Source of the DNA: Octopus sinensis
Lineage: Eukaryota
Assembly (NCBI RefSeq): GCF_006345805.1
Contig: NC_043001.1
Span: forward strand, 55,056,001 to 55,120,000
Length of the DNA: 64,000 bases
Direction: 5' to 3'
This document shows, in pieces, positions 33,791 through 47,305 of this stretch. The stretch's first letter is position 1. Every line of letters starts with the position of its first letter. The position numbers and the translations under genes were made by a program. The notes under the pieces are model-generated. The model searched no databases. It was not told where the DNA came from and was given only the letters and a program-made list of their open reading frames with translations.

Positions 33791-35589
33791 GAACTGTAAT
33801 AATTGATGGTATACAGTGATGGAGAAGACTCAACCAGTCATGCAACCATGGAAAAACACATAGAAGTAAAAATAGTGACAAAGGCTAGAATATATATCTA
33901 CATTTGTGTGTATATATATATATATATATTTTTACCTTTCACTCATTTTCTAATTGCTAGGTCACCATCTGCTATCACTCTTACCTACCTATTCAGTACT
34001 CTCTCACTGCACCATGCCAGTCATGCAATCAACTAAAACATAAATACTCAGTCTCCACCTGCCACAGTGTCTCCCACCTATGATGTCTGTGTAATGAAGG
34101 ATTGCATCAGATGTATTAGTATTCCATGCATCCCCCACCATCATTTTTTGTTTGTCAGATCACTCCTTTATTGATCTCTCTCTCTCTCTTTCACTCTCTT
34201 TCCCTCCCCCCCTCTCTCTTTCACTATTACCATTTTGACACTTAGAAGCTCTGTCTTGCCAGTGAACAATTACCCTTCTATGCCACTAAAACTATTCTTC
34301 TCACTGATCACTTGTTATCCCTCTCTTACAAACAACCATTTCACGACTATCCATCATACTCTCTCTCTCTCTCTCATGCAGCTGCTATGTTTGCTAGCTC
34401 TCTCCTACTGCATTTCCTGATTAACAAGGGATTACATTGGTTTAGGATATCGCAATACACAACACTCTTTACCTTTATGTGTTGCAAAGCCATCAATCAC
34501 TCCTTGACCCTGGTCACACATCCATGACACTCTCTTACCATCAACCGTTTCAACAACTATTCACCCCTTATTCTCTCTTACATTACTTTAGTATCACACT
34601 CCCATCATTCTCTGCAATAACTGTCTCTCTCATTAGACCCTGTAACCACTGTCTCCCAACCGTCACCCCTTTCAACACTGTCTTTCTTATCTCTGTACAC
34701 CACCCTCCTCTCCCACACTACAATCATTGTTTCACCTTAATTACTCATAGTTAGAGGTTGAGGTATTTGGTTCACAATCATAAGTCGTGAGTTTGATTCA
34801 CAGTAGTGTATTGTGTCCTTATTTCCTTTATTTCACATTCTTCCTGTTCACTCAGCTGGCAAAAATGAGTTGTATCTGTAATTCAAAGGACCAGCCTTGT
34901 CACGTTCTGAGTCATATTAAATCTCCGAGAACTATGTTAAAGGTATGCGTGCATGTGGAGTGTTCAGCCCCTTCCATGTTAATTTCACAAGCAGGCTGGT
35001 CTGTTGGTCGGATCAACTGGAACCCTCGTCGTCATAACCGACAGAGTACCAATCAACTCTTCTTTATTCTTCTTACTCAAGCTCATCTTTTGGTGATGTT
35101 GACCACACAAATAGAGACAATGTAGACCATTATTGCTTCTGTTTGTCTTATAGGATACAAGACAACGTCACTGGTAAGTCCATTTTATTTCTCAAACATT
35201 TTCTATACAGTATTTCATGCATAACTATAGACATACTGACTATCAAACTACAATCTGCTACTTATATATATATATACAAAGTTTAACTTATCAGTATACC
35301 CCATCTTGCAAATACTTTTGGAGTTCAGATTTGCGTTAAGTTACTACATGAACCTTAGGATCTTATGTCTTTGAAGACAGGGGATATTCTCATGTGGGCC
35401 TCAACTTACTTAAGAAAGTCAGGATTTCTTATCCACCATTGGGTGTGTGTGTTTGTGAATTTGTTACTTTAACTCCTCTGAGACTATCTGACCAATCTTG
35501 ATGAAACTTGACACGTGTGGGGGGCTTATGCCCATTATGAGGTTACTTACACACTTGGAATTTCAAAAACTCGATAAGCTTTAATCAGC

Positions 35590-35785
35590 ATGGCACCTGT
35601 GCCGGTGGTACATAAAAAGCACCCACTACACTCACGAAGTGGTTGGCGTTATGAAGGGCATCCAGCCGTAGAAACATTGCCAGATCAGATTGGGCCTGGT
35701 GCAGCCCTTCTGGCTTCTCAGACCCCAGTTGAACCGTCCAACCCATGCTAGCATGGAAAGCGGACGCTGAATGATGATGATGATA
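35590..35785 (+). mobile_element. RTE-tail SINE / 3'UTR copy
   Basis: Near-identical to 29340-29510. Confidence 0.85.
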
Positions 35786-36679
35786 ACGAAATTTGGCCTA
35801 AATTGCTGCGGGGTTAAAATGTTCAATTATTTCAACATTCTCAGGTTGCTGTAACATGTATTTTCTTAACACTTGCACTTAAAATTATCAATTCTAAATG
35901 TTGCAATGTTGTGCTAAAACATGTAACATCTATTTTCTTAACACCTGCACTTAAAATTCTAACCGTTGCAATTGATATTTGATTCTCACAATCAGTGCAA
36001 CTATATCCATGAAACACATTTGTCAAATTAAGTGTCTTTTTTAAAAATAATTTTTTGTTTACTTTTGTTCTTTTTTTATAGCACTCTTTTACAATTCCCA
36101 TCTTGATGTTTCTATTGATTATATATTTGCAGCTTTCCACACAATTGACCAAACGATTGTCATTTTCAGATTCCACATGTATTTATTTGAATTATTGTTT
36201 TCTGAATGAATTTGCTAACACCTTCTATTATCTATCCTATGTCTTGATTTCATTTTTCGTCTGAGAGAAATTAGGCATTGTAATGGGTACTGGGAATATC
36301 CTCACTCCCGGGTGTTACCGGGTACCTCAGGTAGTATCTCATAAAAATAACTTGTGTCTATTATTATTATTATTATTATTATTATTTTCATAGACATGCC
36401 AAGAACCCTCCTAAGTATCCTGGCTGTCCCTAATAACACTGTTTTCTGGAGCTGTTATGTCTTTTCTTGTATTCTTTCTGTACCAGCATGCTACATTCAC
36501 TTACTATGCGAGTAATGTTTTCTTCTCTTGATTTGCATAACATACATTGGGAATCTACTTGTTTTTTTTTGTATCTTGGCGTTTATCTAATTAGTCCTTA
36601 ATGCTTGATCCTATGCTGCTGCTAACAAACTCTGTCTTACTTTTCAGCTTTCCATTATTATCATCATTATTGTTATTGT

Positions 36680-37300
36680 TAAGGTGGTGAACTAGCAGAA
36701 TCGTTAGTGTGCTGGACCAAATACTTAGTGGTATTTCGCATGCTGCTACATTCTGAGTTCAAATTCCACAAAGGTCAACTTCACCTTCCATCCTTTCGAG
36801 GTTGATAAATTGATGTAATCAAGTTAATCCCCTCCCACAAGCTGCCCTTGTGATAACAATTTGAAATCATCATACCCGTATTATTATTAATGCAGTGAGC
36901 TGGTAGAATCATTAGCATGCTTGGCAACATTTCATCTATCTTTATGTTTTGAGTTCAAATTTCACTGAGGTCAGCTTTGTCTCTCATCCTTTCAGGGTTG
37001 ATGAAATAAGTACCAAAACTTCAGGCCTTGTGCCTATAGTAGAAAAGATTATTATCATTATTATTATCATTATTATTATTATTAAGGTGGTGAGCTGGCA
37101 GAATCATTAGCAAGCCAGGCGAAATGCTTAATGGTATTTTGTCCATCTTCATGTTCTGAATCTAAATTCGGCCAGAGGTCAACTTTGTCATTCATCCTTT
37201 CATGGTTGATAAAATATGTACCTGTTGAAAACTAGAGTCAATGTAACTAACCCACTCCCCTGAAATTGCTAGCCTTGTGGCAAAATTTGAAACCATTTTT
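36680..37300 (+). mobile_element. Three head-to-tail SINEs (third family) separated by (ATT)n
   Basis: aaggtggtga(g/a)ct(g/a)gcagaatc at about 36680, 36890 and 37083. Confidence 0.85.
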
Positions 37301-37886
37301 ATTATTATTATGCTTAAATCTAGGCTCAATGATACTTTTTCTTAATTTAAGGTTAATAAAAATAAGCCCTGGGATTACAGAGGTTTTGGGTTTGATTTAA
37401 TATAGTATAGTTCTCTTCAAATTTGGGACAATCTCTATTAATCCAGAGACTACCTTCTGATTCTGAATCAAAATTGCATTCTAAAGTGTTTATAACTCAT
37501 ATAATTTTATATATCTTTTATTTCAAATAATCAGTTTAATAACAGACAAACGAGTTTGTCATTTTTATAATGCTCTCCAAGTTCTTAATTATTTCATGAA
37601 TTAATTCAAATGTTAGCATGATGTGTTTCATAAAGCCCAAAAAGGTTAAATTATGCCTCTGTAATTCTCTGAAAATATTTGAGTTTCTGAACCATCCATT
37701 TGCTGAAATGTAAAAAACTGACAAACAAAGGAACATAAAACAAATAAAGGGAAGCAAAGACAAAACTTTTGAATACATTTTCATTTATTTATGCTTTTCA
37801 AATTGTATAAAAGCTTTTCTACAATGTCATTTGATGTATTGATATGAATGTATTGACTTTTTTTAAAATTTTGTGTCTAGATATGA

Positions 37887-38228
<342 letters not shown>

Positions 38229-41200
38229 TGAAAATGTCATTTAAAAATTTTTTTTTATAATTTTATACTATCATCCTTAAATATTTAGCATTGTTAATTC
38301 ATATTTTTGAAAATTGGCTTTAAAAATGTTAAATTTGATATTTTCAATGTACTAGATCAAAAACATTGAATTGTTTTCTTTTTCCAACAGTTTATCAATT
38401 GTTAAATATTAGAGGTAATTGCTATTAAATAAGATTGAAGTTATCTCCCTTGACATAGCTTTTAGTTACCTCCCTTAGTCTTCGCTAATTTCTTTCCTTG
38501 ATTGCGCTATTATTTTTAATTGTTTTCAAATATAAAGTTTTTTGTTTGATTTTTTTAAATATTTTTTAATATTTTCCCATCATTTATTCCCCGTATTACA
38601 CTGCATTAAAAAAAAACATAGGTGGAAGGGAAGTATGCTTCAAAACAGCATTCATTGATCTACCAAATACTTTATAGCAAAAGTTGTCTTTCGTAACATA
38701 ACGTAGCTACTTCAAACTTGCTGGCGGTACAAAAATTTGATTTCTGTGTATATCAATAAAAGCTTACAAGAAAATCGCTATAAACCCTTAAAATGTTTCA
38801 TCACAGACACTACATTCTCTTGAATCTTTGATTTAAACATTCCTTTCCAAACAAGGTAAAAATAGATAGAAGATTTATATTATTTTTTTTATATTTCAAA
38901 ACTTTATTGCAGAAGAAAAAAAAAACAGCATTCTAGTTTGAAGAGGTTGGGGGAAAACGACATAAAGTGTAAAAACAAAAATCTGTTATATTGATGATGA
39001 CAGTGTTATAGAAGTTTAATTATTATGCGGGAGCCAATAACGAATGTAGTTTGCTCCAATGTCAAGAAAATGGACACAAATGTAGTTAATGTTGACATTT
39101 TTTAAAAAATTGATTTGGTTAGAAGGAAAAAGTTACGTCCATGTCCCTCAGAAGCCCGCTGAGATCAGTGAAAATTGATTACAATTACTCATATAAATCT
39201 TTCTTCTAAAAGTACAAGCAGAACCTATCTATCTATCTATCTATCGTACACATTTATGTATGCATGTATGTTTGTGTATTTGCATATGTGCATATATACA
39301 CTCACATAAACACACTTTTATATATATGTCTTAAACTGGGGGCTTAAGTTAAATAGTAGTTAGTGAAGTAAAATATATTATATATTAAAATAATATATCA
39401 ACATTTAAAAATTAAAGCTTTAATCTATTGAGTAAATGTTATAAGTTTCAAGGATTTTCTGTAAAATTAGAACATTATTTAAATTATCAAAGCTGTCACA
39501 TCAAATTGGAATTAATTAGATGTGAAGTAATCTGTTATTTTCTGTTTGACAGTAAATTCCTGTATGCAACTATTAACTTAGGACAAACAGCAGTGACTTA
39601 TATTTTATGTTTTTATTTTAGTCCATAACCACTGCTTTTTGTAAATGTTCCGTGGAACAATAAAATAACATAAAAAACAGAAAATACTTTACTCTCTGGT
39701 TTGATTCATATCTACCTTATAATTCGAAGAAACTTACTGAGCCTTGCTTCCTTTTTTGGAATTTGTTAGAAAAAGAAGTTTTCCAATTCAGCACTCTAAA
39801 TATAGATTCCCTTGATATTATATATACTCACTTTTATAGTAAGTTTCAACACTGTCTGCTCAAAATTAACTTCATTAACTTAGTAATATGTGTGTGTTCA
39901 TTCACATAGATATATAAGTGTATATATATAAATATTTACACATATACATATTTGTGTGAATGTGCAGTGTATGTATATAATTTATAATTTAATAAAATGA
40001 TACAATTTCACTATAAATTTCTAAATATATTAATGTTTAACAGAATAGCTAATTTTTTTTAGTTTCTCATCTTAGGAACAAATATTGATATTGTTTGAAT
40101 TTTCATGGGTGGTTCTTTAGTTTACGCTTTTCATTGTGTTTAATATTTCATATTTCCAATTGCATATTCTCTAGTAGTAAAGAGTTATCAGTTCTTAATT
40201 TTCTTTGCCAGGTTGAAAGTATGAACAAAGTTTAATTTGATGTTTTGGCACTGGTTTATGTAGTACTCAGAAATAATAATAAAAAGAAAATGTATATCAT
40301 TGTAAAATTGTTTATATAAACTATCACCGTTATATTTTAACAATTTGTCTTCTATTTTTCTGCTGGTATTATTTTTGGAGGTAAAAGTGATAATTTTTGC
40401 ACTTTGTTTTTTTCATTTATGCTCATTGGTTTTAGAATTATTGTTTGTATTCTAAAAGAAAAACACAGTGTTGTATTTAATTAGTATCATAGTGCAACTA
40501 GAGTTAATTTATTTATCAATTGGTGTCATTCAATTTTGTAGTAGTCGGAAAAAATCTCATATGCAGTTTCATGGCTTGAATATCTTGATGTTATATAATC
40601 TTATGTTTCTCAATTATGTGTATAATTAACATTTCCTTTAAAAAAAAACATATAAAAAAAGAAAGAGATTACTACAAAATTGATCAGATTTTGTTGGTCA
40701 TTGACTGTTTCCAAGTAACTTAGTTATTAAGGTCGTTTGACTGATTTTGAAGAGATTTACAAGTAACAATTTACTTCCTCAATCTTCCAAGTACACTATT
40801 CAAAATAAAGAACCAAATACTAAAAACTAAAATTCTATATAGAAAAAAAGAAACTTGTATATTTTTTCAACAAGAATTATGATAATAACCAGAAACAAAA
40901 TAACTTTTGAAAAAAAGATGGTTATTAAAGTCTAAATGGAATAGTTCTTGGGATGGGGGGAACATTGTAATAAAATAACAAAACTTTGCATAATTCACAC
41001 TAACTGAAACAAAATAATTTGGCCGGATCCAAGATATACAACAACAGTTCAGTAAAATGCATGATGTTCAAAAGAAAACAGACCATAATGGATACACCAA
41101 TTGAAATAATGTAAACCAAAGTCAAAACCATAGAAAAACAAACATTTCATAGTTAGCAGAAATGTTAAAGAAATGAGAAATGGTTCCCTGAATTTTTCCC

Positions 41201-41576
41201 CAGAAAAATATATATATCAAATTGTAAATGAAAAACTTAATTGAAGAGATATATTTGAATGATGTTATTGAAACACCTGAGAAAATTGTATCAATAGATT
41301 CAGAAAATACATGATAGCTTTTTGAGAGAAAAAAAATCTGTAATTATTTAGTTGGCAATTAATTTGAAAGAATATAGATTTCATTTACAAAATCTATGAA
41401 GACATGGAACTCGAAATTGAAGAGTTTTCTTTTTTTTTTTTCTTTCACTTTTCTTTTTTTTTTTTTTTTTAATGTAGATATGGAAGCAGACATATTTTCC
41501 AAAGTGTAGTGCTGTATATCACTAATTTACAGACACCAAAGGTAAATATATGTTGAAGATTGAGGGAGATGTGTAC

Positions 41577-41611
41577 TTAATCACTCAAATCTTTAATTTC
41601 TTTACATTTTC
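41577..41611 (-). CDS. Candidate terminal exon ((G)KCKEIKDLSD-stop) of an unidentified gene
   Basis: Strong acceptor TTTCTTTATTACTGTTTTTAG|G, followed by ~4 kb of TE-free AT-rich sequence. No homology recognised. Confidence 0.3.
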
Positions 41612-42200
41612 CTAAAAACAGTAATAAAGAAATTGGATTCCTTGTTAATACTAGCGGAATGTATAGTAGACATTTTAGTTTTGGCATATCTTCTGGCACT
41701 GATAATTGTGAAAGAACAGCAAACATTTGGCTCAATGATAAGAGTCTCTGACTCACAACTCTGCATTTACTTCTGGAATTCTTTGTTTTCTCAATTCTTA
41801 AGGATTCTCTGTGCATCTGAGTGTGGATTAGTGCTATGGCTACTGGGTCTTGAACAGTAAAGGAAGGAGTGTGGATGTTCAACACATCACACTAATCCCT
41901 TCTGTTGTTTGGCCATCAGGCCATTACCCAGGATAAGGTCATGAAACAAATATGATGCAAAAAGATAAATTTGGAGACTAAACAATACAAACAAACAGTT
42001 GCATGGTCACTAATACATAAATAGGATTTGCTAAATTAGGTTGCAATGTTAAATATAATGAATTAATTTAACAACAGTTCTGTCTCATATGTAATACAAA
42101 GAACACATGTGATGCCTTACACACATATATCATCACCATTTTTCATCTACTTTCCATTCTGGCATTGGGTTGGATGGTCTTCATTGAATGAGTCAGTTCT

Positions 42201-42257
<57 letters not shown>

Positions 42258-43759
42258 CTACCTAGTGAAGTTGTTAAACTGGGACAAACGAGAGAAAAAT
42301 ATAGAATTTATCTGAAAATTAAAATCAACTAAGCAACTAAATCCCAAGATGAATAAATGATGTGACAAGTATGGGTAGTGACAGATCATGGCACCGGATG
42401 ACAATACGATGGTAAATCATTCATTGAAGAATCTCCAGATAATTATCCAAAGAAACTATAAATGACTACCGGTTGGCAAGAATAGATGGAAGGGAATAAA
42501 CCCTAAATTAGATTTTGGTCCAACCTGAATTCTCAGTTCCACATTGACTCTAAGATGGATTGAGGTCATTATGACAAAAACCAGCAATGGTATATTAAAG
42601 TAAGTTGTGGTATGATAAACATAAAAGAAGAAGAAGTAAAAAGCAATAGCATTTTGGACATGATAATTTTTGCTTTTCAGTTATTTTAAGATGACCATGA
42701 AGATGAATACATTTATGTAATCTAACAGCTTCTATAAATACAGGATAAATAAAACTAGGCAAATGTTTTAATATGGTATGTGGATATTCAAAATTAGTTT
42801 AGAAGAGCAATTAGTATTCATTTGAAGTTGGAAAAAAACAATGTATTTCTACCAACTTGATATGATATCCAAAATATAATTATAACTGATCACATTGTCT
42901 ACATTGAGCATTTATCATGAATATATGCAAAGTCATCTTATATATATATATAAATATATATATATGTAGAATGAAGTTAATCAAAATAAGCATAAAACCT
43001 AAAGCAAGTAAAGTTAAGTGTTTTGCCCATGGACACAACATAACACTTGCAGCAAGCAGTGGGATGTGAACTCCAGTTGGCCTGTGTATGTGTATGAAAG
43101 ATAATATCACCAAGTTGAACAATAACAATTGTAATGAGGGGAATGGTATAACAAAAACGACAGCAACAATAAGAATAATGATTATGAGTAGTCACAGGCC
43201 TAGTTTTTTTTTTTTTTGTGGTAAAAGAAAGGGTAAGATCATTTAAATCACTTGTTACCCAGTATAGCGTTGGTATATATTTTATCTACTCTGCTAAAAG
43301 ATAAAAAGATAAAGTGAAATTTGGTGGGATTCAAGCATAGAAGCATATGCCCACGAGCTAGAGTTAGTAAAATATCTACTTTCAATTTCAAACTTTCAAC
43401 CACTGTGCCATCTACACATCAACAACAGGAACAATAACAAAGAAAATAACATTGGGTTATTTAGCACATAGGTTTGATTTTGTGTGTTTCTGGTTCTTCT
43501 GCATCCATTTAGTCACTTTAACTCTTGTTTAATTCTCATTATATTTTAATTAACTGTTCATATGATTGCAAATAGCATCAACACATTACTTCCTAACCAC
43601 AACATTGAGCTTTATTGGACAAATTCAAACTCTAAAAGTTTAAATTTTTATTGCATTTTTTATTTATTTTTAGCAATGCTTAGATTTGTTGTTCACCACA
43701 GCAGAAACTATATTTAAGTAGCTCTTGTTTTATTTTGAAATTGGGATACAATTATAAAC

Positions 43760-43785
43760 ATACATTAATATACATACATAGATAC

Positions 43786-43822
<37 letters not shown>

Positions 43823-43958
43823 CACACATACATATATAAATATATATATATGCACATAGCTGTATATACATATATGCAAGTAGTTACATACATGTATATA
43901 CTTATACTTATATATACATATCTATATACATTTATATGTACATATATATACATACATG

Positions 43959-43990
<32 letters not shown>

Positions 43991-44100
43991 CATGCATATA
44001 CATATATATACATACATACACACATATATACACACACATATATATACATACATATATATACACATAAATATATATACATACACATATATATATATAATAG
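43760..44100. repeat. Compound TA/CA low-complexity tract
   Basis: Directly visible. Confidence 0.95.
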
Positions 44101-47100
44101 AAATATTAAAATTACTAAGTCTCTCTAAGTAGTGTGGAGCGACTGACCTCCCTTGTTCGAAGGTTATATGGATACAGTTTGTGTATCAAATAGCTAACTT
44201 AAGGCGATGGCCTCATGGAGCTAATAAGCGGACAGCTTTTTTCTTATTTTTATAAGAATGCCATATTAGTATGGTGATAACTATATATATATATATATAT
44301 ATATTCTGGTATCCATAGTCTATGACACTCACAGTTAAAGATAAAATGTTTATATCATTATTATTATTATTATTACTGTACATTTAGTATGTGTAGCAAT
44401 TTATTCATAATGTGGGTGTGTAATGTATTACTGCATTATATTCTGGTATAGTGTTTTATTTTAAGATTTTACATCTCCACTGACTTCTTAACTATGTGAT
44501 GCTTTGTTGTTGGCACTTTAACCATTTTACTGCTATTCTTAACAATAGATTGTTATAAAATAACTGTTGCAATAAAAATAGCCTAAGCAATATTTTTAAA
44601 CAATGTATGTTACCAAATTAACAAACAAACCAAAAAATCTCTTTATTCTCTAAAATTAAAACATACTCATAAATAAATATATATGCATGTATAAAGAAAA
44701 TATTTCTAAACAAAACAAAAGGAAAGAACTATTGGAGAAAACCCATGGTTTAATCCATATTAGTGTGACTGACTGTGTGTGCAATTTAGGTTTAATTCTC
44801 TGTTGAATTATTCCACTTTGAATATTTGTCCTATCATTAATTTTTAGGTGTACTCAAAAGCATAGGGAAGAATTTGCCCTATGACATTATATAAAAATAC
44901 AACCTAGTCTCTACCAGGTTGAATTTAACATACTAGATAAAGACAAAACCTAACCTCAACCAGCTTAGCTTACCTTCTGACAAACTACATAAAGTATGTA
45001 GTTTGTCAGAAGGCTTTTATTGAGTTGACTTGCCTCTTGAGCACCCAACGTAAAGAAATCTTTCAGTAATGATTTTATAAACCATTAAATATTGCAGGAT
45101 GATTTAGGGTGGACAAGTTCCCAGTCCTAGAATAAAACTAATCAGTGATGATAGAAATATTACAAGATAGATGAAGATACATTTAAAAATTATTAAATAT
45201 TTAATTCTTAAACAGGATCGGTAATAAAGATCCACAGATGAAAGGGTTTTCAAATGTAATCACTAATTGTTCTACAGTGTTATCCTAAGTTAACTTGATT
45301 ACCTATAGTTATACGAATATAATAAATTAAGAATGAGTGTACTGAAAAATTCCTTTTGAATGGTTTTGTTGTGGTATCTTTGTTTCTGCCTCTTCTTACA
45401 TGAAGATATATATAAAAATAAAATCTTCCGTCATAAATAACATGTGCGTATGTCAGAAGAGGAGAAACATGAAAATAGTAACATAAATCATGCTGACAAT
45501 TAGAATTACACAGAAGAATTATATTCAAAAAGCTGCCTTCAAATAGGAAAATATGGTAGATATAGAATTATAGAGAGAGTAATAAAAATTCTGATTAAAT
45601 GTTAGAAACTAATACAAACTATTTGTAACTGTTAAATCATGATACTTGATGAGACAGATGTAGAGTGAGAGGAATTTTGAGTAATTTAGGGTACACAGAT
45701 ATTATTTTAATCTAATATGTTAATAAGTAAGTTATAGCTACATGGATCCTTGAAGCTAACAGTGAAGAACAGTTTCCTTCAACATTAAATTCATAAAAGT
45801 TTGGATATGACAGTAAAATTTTTGCGACTGGACTGCTAAGAGATATGATGGAATATGAATTCCTGATCCATGACCTGGTAGTTTTATACCTTATCAAATT
45901 TAGTGTTCCACACCTTAAGAAGCAGAGTAATTTGGGTATTTTCTTAAAATTGCTAAAATCAAAAGTATATAAAAAATGAAATAGTGCCTCCTCTTATAGA
46001 GAATCTATAATTTCATTCTACGGTAATTGGTCTTTTGTTTGGTTCCTCTCTTTGGAAATGGTATTATGTGTTCACATCAACAAAACATGTGTTCACATCC
46101 ACAAAATAATGTGATAACATATTTGTTTCTTTTACTTGTAGGAAGTACAAGCACAAAATTAAGTCAGGTATTAATAAGTTTAGTCAAATGATGAACTTTG
46201 TATATTGTTATCTATTTCATCAATTCAAGATAGACTAAAGGTGAAGTCAACATTGGTAGTTATTAGGAGAATCTGAACTCAGAACTGAGAGGGATGAACT
46301 AGTTACTGCATAGAATTCAGTTTCATGAGCTAGTCTGTTACTATCTCCAAAACCTTTTATTCATTAGTCAAAACATCAAGTGACAAGATCAGCTCAGAAT
46401 ATTTTTCTCCTGACTGTTTCTTCGAATATAATTCCATTCACATCTAGGATGCTTTATAGGAATATTATATTAACCTCAGTACTTAACTGGTGCTTTAATT
46501 TATAGAACCCAGAAGCCTGGAAGGCAAAGTTGACCTCAGAACATAGAAGATACTTCAGGTATTTTGTCAGAGGTCTTAATGGTTCTGCCATAAATACCAA
46601 GGTAATTATATCATTTTAAGCTGCATCTGTACATCCTTTAGATTGCACAGCTATAGTTTAAACTCTATTTTTCTTCAGGCTAAAACCAAGACATCTTGCT
46701 GATGATGTACAAGTCATTAGAATGTCTGTATGCATAGTTACAATAAACATTTCAGTGCACCATTTGTTATGAATTGTAGAGCCCCATCTCTCTTAGTTTA
46801 TGCATTCTTATATAATCTTGACAATTAAATACCTTTCTGATCTTTTCTGGTTGTTGGATATGAATTCAAAAGCCATATTTTAAAATCTCTGCCTAAATTC
46901 ATCAATCCTAAACATGTGCATATGATCTGGAAGTTAGTAAATAAGGTTATTGGATTGTGGTAATGCTGGGGCACCACCTTGTAGGTTAGAGTTGATTACA
47001 CCTTCCTTAGTACTTTTTTTAATTTTATTTTATTTTCAGCCTTGAGAGACAGTAAAACTAAGCAGGGTTTGAACTCAGAATATAATGGGATATAGCTAAA

Positions 47101-47228
47101 TACACAATGTATCTTGTCTGATACGCTATCAATTCTGTCATCAACACTGTTTTCTTTTTATTTTATTTTATCTTAATGAAAATTGAAATTATTTTCCTTA
47201 AGAAATTTGGGATGTGAACTGATCAGTT

Positions 47229-47305
47229 TTAGTTTTTGATATTAATGTTTGTTTGAGAGGAACTGACACCAACAGGAATTGATACTGATGTGACTCTAAA
47301 GCCAC
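47229..47305 (-). CDS. Candidate terminal exon ((G)GFRVTSVSIPVGVSSSQTNINIKN-stop)
   Basis: Acceptor GATTTGTCTATTTTTCAG|G. Phase 1 is assumed; phase 0 is also open for 35 codons. Confidence 0.3.

Noticed and set aside
35841-36176. 111-aa minus-strand ORF
   Set aside because: Partly made of a ~70-bp tandem duplication, with no recognisable domain or splice context.
39738-39795. 58-nt minus-strand exon-like segment (VLNWKTSFSNKFQKRKQGS, donor GTAAGT)
   Set aside because: Phase 2/0 does not fit the other candidates and no homology was recognised; could be chance.
43765-44128. Many YI/CV/HT/RE-repeat ORFs in the ORF track (also 8096, 11326, 12572, 14106, 53283-53691, 55652-56033, 57555, 58643-59041)
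   Set aside because: Translations of (TA)n, (TG)n, (CA)n and (GA)n microsatellites, not genes.
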